Origin: Candidatus Pacearchaeota archaeon
GTDB taxonomy: Archaea; Nanobdellota; Nanobdellia; Pacearchaeales; GW2011-AR1
Direction: 5' to 3'
Assembly: GCA_027021195.1 (NCBI GenBank)
Contig: JALUUW010000003.1
Coordinates: 4,843-68,842 of the forward strand
DNA: 64,000 nt
The notes under the pieces were generated by a model that saw only the letters and a list, made by a program, of their open reading frames with translations, made no database searches and was not told where the DNA came from. Positions 1-8,689 of this stretch are shown here, piece after piece (the first letter of the stretch is position 1; each line of letters opens with the position of its first letter). Position numbers and translations under genes: made by a program.

Positions 1-587
1 CTGAAACTATTGAACCTGGGAAGATAGAAATCGCTATCTTTAATGATTTGAAAGAGTTTACAAAAAAATATGAATTTGAAAATAATAAATCTCTTCCTTT
101 TTTTGTTGTAGGATTTGCTGGAAAGAACGGCAGAATTTTTATCTTGGATAAAAAACTTTTTCCAAAACAAGGACACAGAGAAGAAGAATTTGAAAGAGTC
201 GTTGTTCATGAATTATGCCATGTATTTATCAGGAGAATGCTACACCCCAAACATACTTTCATTTGGATAGAGGAAGGGCTATGTGAATTTTTGTCTTTTG
301 GAGATTATCCTTTAAAAATAAAAAAAATAGTGGATTTTAGAGAGATTGAAACTTCTGAAGGATGGAGAAAGCATAATGCCTATCAACAAGCAAAAGGTTT
401 TTTTAAATATTTATCTAAAAATTATGGGGATAAAAAAATAGTGGAATTTATTAAAAAAATTAAAGTTACTTCTGAGAGAAAGGCATTTAAAGAGGTGTTT
501 GGAAAAGAAATAAATGAAATCCAAGAAAAGTTCTTTAACACCTTGAAAAATGAAAAAACTCTATCATCCGGGAATTCCTTGCAATGA
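1..587 (+). CDS. 5'-partial CDS: HExxH zinc metallopeptidase-like protein (gluzincin-like HELCH...EEGLCEF)
   Basis: Reading frame is open to the window edge. The track starts it at a TTG at 48. HELCH motif plus a downstream EEG..E. Overlaps the start of the rSAM gene. Confidence 0.45.
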   Translation, partial: ETIEPGKIEIAIFNDLKEFTKKYEFENNKSLPFFVVGFAGKNGRIFILDKKLFPKQGHREEEFERVVVHELCHVFIRRMLHPKHTFIWIEEGLCEFLSFGDYPLKIKKIVDFREIETSEGWRKHNAYQQAKGFFKYLSKNYGDKKIVEFIKKIKVTSERKAFKEVFGKEINEIQEKFFNTLKNEKTLSSGNSLQ

Positions 588-1716
588 GAATATAGTTCAA
601 AAAGATTTAGAAAAGAGTCTTATTAATTTTAGAAATAAGCGTATAGAGATTGTTGAATGTAATGAAGGGTTTGGAGTTTTTGATAAAGACTGGTTTTGGG
701 CAACAAAAGAAGAGTTAGATTCTCTTAAGAAATGCCCAGATATCTCAATAAGGTATTTTTTAGATAATGAAAAGTTCAATCATGAAGGATGGTTTTTTTA
801 TAACCCAATAGAACTTGGTATAGAATTAACAAGAGAATGTAATCAGCTGTGTATTCATTGTTGGAATGAATCTTCTTCAAGGGATACTAAAATGCCTTTG
901 AAGAAGGCAAAAGAAATTATTCAGGAATTTAGAAAAGGAGGAGGACAGAAAATAAAGATATCTGGTGGAGAACCATTATCATATTCTTCTTTAGATGAAT
1001 TTTTATTTTTTTCAAAAGAAGTTGGGATAAAAAAAGTAGATATGACATCTAATGGAGTGTTAATGAATAGGGAAAAAGCAAAATTTTTATCTACTCATCT
1101 AACAAATATATGTATAAGTATTCATGGTTCTAAATCAGATATACATGACGATATAACTTACAATAAAGGAAGTTTTGTAAAATCTATTAAAGCAATAGAG
1201 CATCTTCAGGAAGAAGGGTTAAACCCCATAATTAATTATACTGTTATGCAGAAAAACAAAAAGGACATTGCAGACATGATTGAATTAGGGAAAATTCTTA
1301 ATGTTAACGGGATAAAATTCAGTTGTTTAAAAAAGATTGGAAGAGCGAGAAATTTAGAGGTAATTTCTAAAGAAGAGGTAAATACATTAAGAAATTTAAT
1401 ATATACTAAATCGAAAGAGCTTGGAATTGAGTTAGAGAAGAGTGAATTGTATCCTGCAGGATATGTTCAAGGCATTAGTCAATCAAAATTTTATGGATGT
1501 AATGGATTAAGAACCCAACTATATATCTCTTCAGAAGGCAACGTTTACCCATGTAGTTTAATAAATGAAAGTATTGGAAACATTTACCAAGATTCTTTAT
1601 TTAATTTATGGAGAAGTAAAAAAGCTCAGGAATTTAGAAGATTGGATAATTGTATTAAAAATGATTGCAAAATAATTAGGGATTGTGGGAGAAAGTGTAG
1701 GGCAAGTTTGAAGTAA
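550..1716 (+). CDS. radical SAM / SPASM-domain enzyme (peptide-modifying rSAM family)
   Basis: CNQLCIHC = Cx3Cx2C radical SAM motif. SGGEPL glycine-rich SAM motif. C-terminal Cys-rich SPASM/twitch region (CNGL...YPCS...CIKNDC...CGRKC). About 95-aa N-terminal extension before the core. Confidence 0.8.
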   Translation: MKKLYHPGIPCNENIVQKDLEKSLINFRNKRIEIVECNEGFGVFDKDWFWATKEELDSLKKCPDISIRYFLDNEKFNHEGWFFYNPIELGIELTRECNQLCIHCWNESSSRDTKMPLKKAKEIIQEFRKGGGQKIKISGGEPLSYSSLDEFLFFSKEVGIKKVDMTSNGVLMNREKAKFLSTHLTNICISIHGSKSDIHDDITYNKGSFVKSIKAIEHLQEEGLNPIINYTVMQKNKKDIADMIELGKILNVNGIKFSCLKKIGRARNLEVISKEEVNTLRNLIYTKSKELGIELEKSELYPAGYVQGISQSKFYGCNGLRTQLYISSEGNVYPCSLINESIGNIYQDSLFNLWRSKKAQEFRRLDNCIKNDCKIIRDCGRKCRASLK

Positions 1717-1793
1717 CGAGGGAGAGTTAAATATAAAATATATTTTGACCATGGAAGAAAAATAGGGTATGGGAAGCTAAAAAAAGAGCAGAT

Positions 1794-2372
1794 ATGGAAG
1801 GTTATGAGAATATAAAATTTGTTAAAGCTGATATCAATTCCTTACCCTTTGACTCAGAAACGTTTGACGTTGTCATAGTAGGAAATGTCTTCTCTTTGAT
1901 AGAAAATAAAAAAATTGCATTAAAGGAATGCATGCGTGTTTCTAAAAAAAATGGATTTATTATTGTAATCCCTATGTATTACATAAAAGAACCTTCGAAG
2001 GAACTTATAAAGAGAGTTTCCAAAGCCCTTAAAGTCGACATTGCTCCTATGTATCGATCAGATTGGATAAATTTCTTCTCAATATCTGGATTAGAAATAT
2101 ATTGGTCAAAAGATTTCAAATTTGACCACATAGACAATAAAAAAATAATTTCCTTTTGTGAGGAGATTTTTAATAAAGAACATTTACGAAACTTGACTAA
2201 ATCGGCATATGAGAAACTATTTGAAGTTTATCAGAAATTTATGTTTCTATTTCGCGATAATTTATCTCATATGGGATATATCATACTTATTTTATCTAAA
2301 AGAAAGTTGTGGGAAGATCCAGAACTCTTTACATCCAGAGAAAATATCTCCCTTGGAAACTTTAGTCAATAG
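1794..2372 (+). pseudogene. N-terminally truncated class I SAM-dependent methyltransferase (motif I missing)
   Basis: Protein begins at the post-I/motif II region (VKADINSLPFDSETFDVVIV...KKNGFIIV). No GxGxG motif. Only 77 nt separate it from the upstream rSAM stop, with stops in all upstream frames. Confidence 0.4.
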
Positions 2373-2390
2373 AATAAAATATGGTAATTC

Positions 2391-3416
2391 TTATTTGATT
2401 CCTTTTTCTAAGAACTCAAAATTGTTTGTTTCTGAGTCAATTACAACTTTTGTACCAATAGGGATAGTTAGCTGAGGATCGGTATGACCTATATCCACTC
2501 CAAACAAAATGGGAAAATTATATTCTTTTGTTCTCTCCAGTAACTTCTTTTTTAGCATTTCTATATCTTCTTCATTATATCTAAAAGGTCTGCCAAAAAT
2601 TAGCCCTCTGATTTGTTTAAATACTCCTAAAATGTTTAACTGCTCCAGATACCAGTCAACATAAGGAAGGGGTTCCCCTTCATCAAATGTCTGACCTTCT
2701 GGCAATTCTAAAAATAGAATCTTATCTGTATGATCTGGCCAGTATTTTGTACCTGGCAAATGGACTATTGATGTGAGACATCCTCCTATAATTTTACCTT
2801 CTGCTTTTCCTCCTCGCAACCATTCAAAACCTTTATTTTCTTTCAATTTTCTTGGCCTTGTAAGATCCAACTTTTTACTCCAATCTAAGAATTCATCAGT
2901 CCAGCTTTCAGAAGGAGATACTTTTCCTATGGGTTCATCTGATGCTACTGCCTTATTAAAATAATCTAAAGTATATTTAAGAGGATGAGGGTATTCTCCA
3001 AATTGAGTTATAATACATGGTCCATAAAAAGTTATAAGATTGGATTGCGTATGGAGTGCATAGTGCAAGATAGAGATATCTGAATAACCACAGAATATCT
3101 TTGGATTTTGTTTTATTTTCTCAAAATCTAAATAATTTAGAGTATGGGTTGCTACTGTTCCTCCAATTAAAGATATAATTGCTTTTATATCTTTGTCAAG
3201 AAAAGCGTCCATTATGTCTTTAGCCCTTTCTTCTGCAGGAGCAGATTCCCATCCGTTAACTTTTCTTGCTGTAGGAAACTCTTTAATTTTATAACCCTCA
3301 GATTTTAGAAATTTAACCGCATTGTCAAGTCTATGGGGAAAGTTCAATCCAGACGATGGAGCGATTATTGCTATTGTATCTCCTTTTCCAAGTCGTGGAG
3401 GCTTAATTAGTTCCAT
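2391..3416 (-). CDS. S66 family LD-carboxypeptidase (LdcA/MccF-like)
   Basis: N-terminal GDTIAIIAPSSG. Catalytic-Ser motif CGYSDIS. C-terminal GHTD. Typical ~340 aa length. Confidence 0.7.
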   Translation of the reverse strand: MELIKPPRLGKGDTIAIIAPSSGLNFPHRLDNAVKFLKSEGYKIKEFPTARKVNGWESAPAEERAKDIMDAFLDKDIKAIISLIGGTVATHTLNYLDFEKIKQNPKIFCGYSDISILHYALHTQSNLITFYGPCIITQFGEYPHPLKYTLDYFNKAVASDEPIGKVSPSESWTDEFLDWSKKLDLTRPRKLKENKGFEWLRGGKAEGKIIGGCLTSIVHLPGTKYWPDHTDKILFLELPEGQTFDEGEPLPYVDWYLEQLNILGVFKQIRGLIFGRPFRYNEEDIEMLKKKLLERTKEYNFPILFGVDIGHTDPQLTIPIGTKVVIDSETNNFEFLEKGIK

Positions 3417-3623
3417 TAATTTTTAACAGAGGTAAAACTTTAAATATTTATTGGATTCCCTCTAACAACCCCTTCATTCAAAATAAAAGAAAAAGCCATT
3501 ACAGATATGACTATGATGCTAATTTGAATTAAGGACAAGCAAACCTTCGGCCCTTTTTTTGGGATGGGTTAATGAAAACAATGGCATTTATTCTTGTTTA
3601 TGGGTATTTACTAAGAATAATGG

Positions 3624-3839
3624 CTAAGGAAAACAGCCTAATTTTTCATGTGCTTTTATTAAAAAATCCCTGAAATCTTTTTTGCTTTCCCATACAGGAT
3701 TTAACTTGTTCCTGATTAAATCAAAATCTATCTTCTTTAATCTTCTAATCTCTGCTAATTCACTTATCATTCTTTCGTACTTTTCTTTTGATATTTTTGC
3801 CATTTCCATAATAGCTAAATGGGGCTGATATTTATACAA
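3624..3839 (-). CDS. hypothetical small protein (71 aa), last gene of the rSAM operon
   Basis: ORF lies 23 nt downstream of the HExxH gene on the same strand. No recognisable motif. Confidence 0.3.
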   Translation of the reverse strand: MYKYQPHLAIMEMAKISKEKYERMISELAEIRRLKKIDFDLIRNKLNPVWESKKDFRDFLIKAHEKLGCFP

Positions 3840-3862
3840 TTTTCTAAATAAAACAGGGAATC

Positions 3863-4531
3863 TTATATCTTAATTCTTTTAACATATTCTATACATTCAT
3901 TAATTAGAGGAATTATATCTGGATTATGCTTCCACGTTTCCATTACTCTCTTTCTTAATTCTTTATGTTCAGCATAGCCTTTATCTTCAACAAACCATAG
4001 ATCTCTACACTCTAAATTTAAGATTGCAGTTAAAGACTCATTAACATACTCTATTTCTCTAAACCCTAGCTGATTTCTAATTAAAGGCAAATGTGTTTTT
4101 TCCATCTGTAAATGCATTAATTCATGTCCACATGTTCTTAAATTTTGCAACAGAGGTCTTCGAATTGAGACCATGAAAGAATCCTCCTCCACATTATAAG
4201 GACATCTTCCAGCAGTTGTAATATATGCATTAAATTCATTTGAATATATTTTGTGTTTGGTAATTTTTTCTAACCTTTCAAAAAACCTGTTATTTATTTT
4301 TCCCCAAGAGTTCTGCAATGTTTCTAAAAAGATGTCTAAATGGCCTGAAGAATATAATGGTTGAATATACTGTTCAATCTCTTCCCTACATTCTTCAAAT
4401 TTTCTATTTTTCCACCTCTGTAGGACTGACCCTCTTTCTAATTCATTCTCCCATGGATGCTCGTAGTTGCTAGTTTCCCATATATTCCAAAGGTCTTTTT
4501 CCTTATCAAACTTAAAAATTACTTTTGACAT
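3863..4531 (-). CDS. HExxH metallopeptidase-like protein
   Basis: CGHELMHLQ motif with downstream acidic residues (REIEYVNE). Lies 16 nt downstream of the MTase gene. Confidence 0.4.
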   Translation of the reverse strand: MSKVIFKFDKEKDLWNIWETSNYEHPWENELERGSVLQRWKNRKFEECREEIEQYIQPLYSSGHLDIFLETLQNSWGKINNRFFERLEKITKHKIYSNEFNAYITTAGRCPYNVEEDSFMVSIRRPLLQNLRTCGHELMHLQMEKTHLPLIRNQLGFREIEYVNESLTAILNLECRDLWFVEDKGYAEHKELRKRVMETWKHNPDIIPLINECIEYVKRIKI

Positions 4532-4547
4532 ATTCTTTTTTTGAAGG

Positions 4548-5072
4548 TTAAGCTTTTTGTTTATTTTTTAATAGTAATAAAATAACATTATGTTTATGGG
4601 GGGGCAAATTATCATGCTCTTCAATGGGGGTCTCATACATTCCTTCCTTCATTATTTCCCAATCAGAATATAGGTTTTTTAATTGTTTTAATGAAGGATA
4701 AAACCTATTTTGTGCATTTCTTGCCATAGGGTCTTTATCTGAAAAACAGATGATAAAAGTATGTCCTTGCTCAGAGGTATGTGTTTGTATCTTTTTTAAA
4801 ATATTTTGTGCAGTTACCTTATCTAAAAAATGCAAAACTAACGAAGCAATTATTAAGTCATATTTCTCTTTGAATTCAAAATTTGTTATATCTTCATTAA
4901 AGAATTTAAAATTTTTCTGGGAGATTTCCATAGGTCTTTTATCTACTCCAAGAACTTTTACGCCTTGTTTGGCAAATCTGAGAGATTTATGCCCTTTCCC
5001 ACAACCCAGATCCAAAACATTTTGAGGCTGTAGTTCTTTAAGATATTCTTTGACTTTATCCCTTATTATCAT
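4548..5072 (-). CDS. class I SAM-dependent methyltransferase (TehB-like, Methyltransf_11/25)
   Basis: VLDLGCGKG motif I. Post-I acidic residue. DLIIASLVLHFL motif II/III. Confidence 0.75.
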   Translation of the reverse strand: MIIRDKVKEYLKELQPQNVLDLGCGKGHKSLRFAKQGVKVLGVDKRPMEISQKNFKFFNEDITNFEFKEKYDLIIASLVLHFLDKVTAQNILKKIQTHTSEQGHTFIICFSDKDPMARNAQNRFYPSLKQLKNLYSDWEIMKEGMYETPIEEHDNLPPHKHNVILLLLKNKQKA

Positions 5073-5108
5073 TTATTAATTCTTTAAGTTTATTTTATTT
5101 AATTCTTT

Positions 5109-6170
5109 CTAATCTTGTGAGCTTCCCTGCACATATTCTTTAAAACACATAGGGTCTTTGGCCATATAATCTCCTGTTACTGCATAAGCAATTGCCCTAC
5201 ATCCTCTGCAGTGCACCACTTTATCACAAAGAGTATTCTCCCTCATTTTATTCAAATCTCTTAAATTTTGCATTACCTTGTTCTCTAAAATTAAATTACC
5301 TATTCCGTCACTTATGCGACCTATTTTAATAGGAAGTCTTCTACAAGGATAAACAGTTCCGTCCGATAATATTGAAAGCATTCTAAATCCTGCAGAACAC
5401 CCCCAAAGATATTTATTTTGCTCCTTTGCTGTTTTTATTACTTCGTTTTCTTTTTCCAATATTTGCCAAAGAACATCAGATTGAAGGACATTAATCTTAT
5501 CTCTATATTTTTCATTTAGTCTTTCAGTTTCTTTAACCATCTCGTAGATTTCTTTAGCATTAATAAATTCAGGATCTTTAATTCCTAAGTTTGAATCTGG
5601 ATTATAAGTTTTAAAACCCACTTTTTTAGCTCCTGCTAAAATTGCATTTTGGATAACATCCTCAAACTCTTTTTTATTAGACTGCATAAGAGTCATGGCT
5701 ACTGTAACATTTAAGCCTTCTTTTGAAGCATTTCTTATCCCTTCAATTGCCATATCATATGCAAAATCTTTTCTCCTAATTTTATTATGTGTGCGCTTAG
5801 ATCCATCAAGAGAAACTTGTATTGCTTCAACTTTTTGCTCCAAAAGTTCTCTAGCTTTTTTAGGAGTAATTAATGTGCCATTAGTTAACAAATTTGTTAT
5901 AACTTTTTTCTTACAAGCATATTCTAAAATTTCAAGATGATCTTCCCTCATTAAAGGATCTCCTCCCGAAATTGCGATTCTGGGTATCATCTCCCACCTT
6001 TTTGCTGTCTCTGCTAAATCATCTATCATTGATTTTACTTCATTTAAACTCATTAAATTATCATCTTGGATGTGGTCTACATTCCCTTCGTTGTTATGAT
6101 AACAATGGGAGCATTTAAGATTACAATCATTTGTGGAATCCCCTTGAATATATAAGTGTCTTTTAGCCAT
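5109..6170 (-). CDS. radical SAM / SPASM-domain enzyme
   Basis: CNLKCSHC Cx3Cx2C motif at residue 16 with no N-terminal RRE-like extension. ISGGDPL. C-terminal SPASM cysteines (CSAGF...YPCRR...CDKVVHCRGC). Confidence 0.8.
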   Translation of the reverse strand: MAKRHLYIQGDSTNDCNLKCSHCYHNNEGNVDHIQDDNLMSLNEVKSMIDDLAETAKRWEMIPRIAISGGDPLMREDHLEILEYACKKKVITNLLTNGTLITPKKARELLEQKVEAIQVSLDGSKRTHNKIRRKDFAYDMAIEGIRNASKEGLNVTVAMTLMQSNKKEFEDVIQNAILAGAKKVGFKTYNPDSNLGIKDPEFINAKEIYEMVKETERLNEKYRDKINVLQSDVLWQILEKENEVIKTAKEQNKYLWGCSAGFRMLSILSDGTVYPCRRLPIKIGRISDGIGNLILENKVMQNLRDLNKMRENTLCDKVVHCRGCRAIAYAVTGDYMAKDPMCFKEYVQGSSQD

Positions 6171-6212
6171 TACAAATTAAGAGCAGTTTTTCTAAATCTA
6201 TTTGGAATTTTT

Positions 6213-6338
6213 TTATTCTAAAGAATAGACATCATCTGCGTAACATGCATCTGGACCACAAGCATCGCAAGGGTCACAGTGATAACGATCTTTCTCTTGA
6301 GACGCTTTATTAGTTATATAAGAACTAATATCTAACAT
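6213..6338 (-). CDS. candidate RiPP precursor peptide (41 aa, Cys/Asp-rich core)
   Basis: Hand-translated ORF not in the track: MLDISSYITNKASQEKDRYHCDPCDACGPDACYADDVYSLE. ATG start. Stop lies 42 nt upstream of the rSAM start on the same strand. TTTTTATA element about 55 nt upstream. Confidence 0.45.
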   Translation of the reverse strand: MLDISSYITNKASQEKDRYHCDPCDACGPDACYADDVYSLE

Positions 6339-6392
6339 ACCCTTAAGAAAAGCTTGTTCCTCAGCAGTTCTCTCCAGTTTATTTGTTTTTGC

Positions 6393-6400
6393 TATAAAAA
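6393..6400 (-). promoter_or_regulatory. candidate archaeal TATA box (TTTTTATA) for the precursor-rSAM operon
   Basis: AT-rich octamer about 55 nt upstream of the peptide ATG on the minus strand. Confidence 0.25.
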
Positions 6401-6801
6401 GCCAACAACCTTAATATATTTAAATTTTATTGTAATGGATTTATTTTGTAGTGCCTAAGTAACTTAAAAAGTTATTTATTTGCAGATTTTTCAGAAGAAA
6501 CAACCTCAAACTCAGTTGAGCCTATATAATTTCCATCTACATTAAACACTGTTTTGCAAATCCCTAATTGTAATGATTTGTCAAAACAAAATCCTCTTCA
6601 TTTACATTTCTTGAAAACAAATTGTTTCATTTAATCCATATACCCCGCAGCTCTGCTGCGGTTGGGAGCTTCACTTCAGAACGAGATGGGGCAGAAGTCA
6701 TGACTCCAGAATTAGCGGATGTGTCTTAACAGGAAGTCTTTCTCCTCTGGAAGAATACGTTCTTCTCTCAAAAACCCTTCCCTATCAGCTATTCTAAGGG
6801 T

Positions 6802-7386
6802 TCACTCAGATGTTCTGCTGATTTCATTCAGATATTCTGCTAATTGCCTCATATCATCAGGCTTCCCCTCTAATTCAGAATAATATTTATTGTCCATTTC
6901 AAAGTAAAACCTATTCACGAAATCAATAGTCTCTTTGTATTTGCTTATGCCTTTTTTCTCAACTAATTTATTAAAGCAGTCAATATATCTCATTAGGGCT
7001 TCAGTCAACTCCCTTGTTTCCTCGCTCTCCTTAAGCAGGGCTTTATCCATATTAGAATATGCTTTATCCAAAAATTCAATTACTTCTTTATAATTCTCAA
7101 CCCCTTTTTTTTCCACCAATTTGTAAAAAGCACACGCATATTCTGTTAAAGCCATAGTCAGGTCCCTGATTTCCGGGTCTTTGATTCTATGTATCTCTTT
7201 CTGGAATCTATCCATATCATCAAGTTCTTTTTCTATTGTCTCTTGGAAAGTTTGGTTTTTTATTTTTGACCGAAAAATGATTCCGTGTTCCACTAGACCT
7301 TTATGGAATCCTCTTAATCCTTTCAATATCTTTTCATTTAATTTAATTTTTTCTGCTTCTATCATTTTAATCTTACATAGTTCCAC
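6802..7386 (-). CDS. hypothetical coiled-coil protein with an internal ~42-aa tandem repeat
   Basis: Repeat LTxAL..Y...F.KLVEKKG...YKE.I.F seen twice in the translation. Confidence 0.4.
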   Translation of the reverse strand: MELCKIKMIEAEKIKLNEKILKGLRGFHKGLVEHGIIFRSKIKNQTFQETIEKELDDMDRFQKEIHRIKDPEIRDLTMALTEYACAFYKLVEKKGVENYKEVIEFLDKAYSNMDKALLKESEETRELTEALMRYIDCFNKLVEKKGISKYKETIDFVNRFYFEMDNKYYSELEGKPDDMRQLAEYLNEISRTSE

Positions 7387-7624
7387 CTACCCTTATGCAT
7401 TAATAAAAAAGACAAAAAAAGAAATTATCTTTCAGGTCTTATTTCTTTTCAGATCCTTCAGTCATTTCTAAAACCTTCTCATTTGGCATAGAGGTTTCTA
7501 CAAGACCCAAATGGAAATTCTCAAGACCTTCCAACATTTCCCTGTTAAATCCACATAGGGGCATTTTCTTTTCCTCCTAATTTAGTTAACTATAATATAT
7601 AATTACTTTATATAAACTATTCTA

Positions 7625-8668
7625 TTGGATAATTTTACAAAAAAGAAATATTTATATATTGGTACTTATTTTATGTATAAAATGATGAAATTGGATGTAT
7701 ATGACCGGAGAATTTTGGAGGTTTTAATAGAAAACTCCGAAGAGCAAATAAGCGCTATTGCCAAAAAGATAAGGCTCAGAAGAGAAAACGTTAACTATCG
7801 GATAAACCGCATGGTTAAATCAGGTCTGATAAAAGAATTTAACACAATCTTAAATGAAAGAGCGTTGGAGCTTTCCCACTATGTTGTTTTTGTAGAACTG
7901 ATTAAACTGGAAGAAAAAACAGAGCTGGAAATTATAGATTATCTCAGGAATAGCTCCTTTGTGAGCTGGATAGGAACTTCAGCAGGGAGATGGAGCCTGG
8001 TTTTTGATATAATAGCCTATGATAAAGGCTCAAATTTTGAAAAGATATTAACGGAGTTTCTCAAAAGATTTGGCGGAGATCATATTGAAAACTACGAGGT
8101 TTTGAGGCTGAATAAAAGAGATTATTTTGCATCAAAGTTAATTGGCAAAGAAAAATATTTCCATGAAAATGCTGAAAGCAAGGCCTCTCTTAAAAGATTG
8201 GACAATATAGATCTCAGAATACTTTCATTGCTAAACAAAAATTCAAGAAAAACTTTGGTAGAAATATCTTCTAAAATAGGCTTGACTCCAAATGGAGTTA
8301 ATAATAGGATTAAGGGCCTAATCAATAATGGCATTATAACAGGATATACGATTTCCATTAATTGGAAGAAATTAGGCTATGAGTGGTTCACAATACAAAT
8401 TAAGCTGCACAAGTATGGTGAAGAAGTATATGCCAAAATGGAATCTTTTTTCAGGAATCACAAGAAAGTGGTGTTTTACTACAGATATCTTGGAGGAAGC
8501 TGGGACTATGATATAGGGGTTTTGGTTCAGAATTCAGACGAATTAAGGGATTTTATCAATGAATTCAGGAGAAATCTTTCGGATGTTTCCAAAATCTCTG
8601 ATGTTTTTTTGACTCTTGAAGAAATAACAGGATATAAAATGCCTGAAGGGGTTTTTAATCCTTCTTAA
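7625..8668 (+). CDS. tandem (duplicated) Lrp/AsnC-family transcriptional regulator
   Basis: Two HTH_AsnC-like segments (LDVYDRRILEVL...ISAIAKKI and LDNIDLRILSLLNKNSRKTLVEISSKIGL), each followed by a RAM-like domain. True start is probably at an internal Met near 7673-7685. Confidence 0.6.
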   Translation: MDNFTKKKYLYIGTYFMYKMMKLDVYDRRILEVLIENSEEQISAIAKKIRLRRENVNYRINRMVKSGLIKEFNTILNERALELSHYVVFVELIKLEEKTELEIIDYLRNSSFVSWIGTSAGRWSLVFDIIAYDKGSNFEKILTEFLKRFGGDHIENYEVLRLNKRDYFASKLIGKEKYFHENAESKASLKRLDNIDLRILSLLNKNSRKTLVEISSKIGLTPNGVNNRIKGLINNGIITGYTISINWKKLGYEWFTIQIKLHKYGEEVYAKMESFFRNHKKVVFYYRYLGGSWDYDIGVLVQNSDELRDFINEFRRNLSDVSKISDVFLTLEEITGYKMPEGVFNPS

Positions 8669-8689
8669 TTCGGCAACGAGATTATGCCC

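Noticed and set aside
2391-3416. LD-carboxypeptidase as evidence for peptidoglycan recycling
   Set aside because: The host is archaeal and no other murein genes are present. The MccF-like interpretation in the rSAM context is more parsimonious, though unproven.
3417-3623. Hairpin plus T-run (ccttcggccc ttttttt) as a structured RNA
   Set aside because: The stem is imperfect and short. It is more likely a simple intergenic terminator-like T-tract between convergent or adjacent genes.
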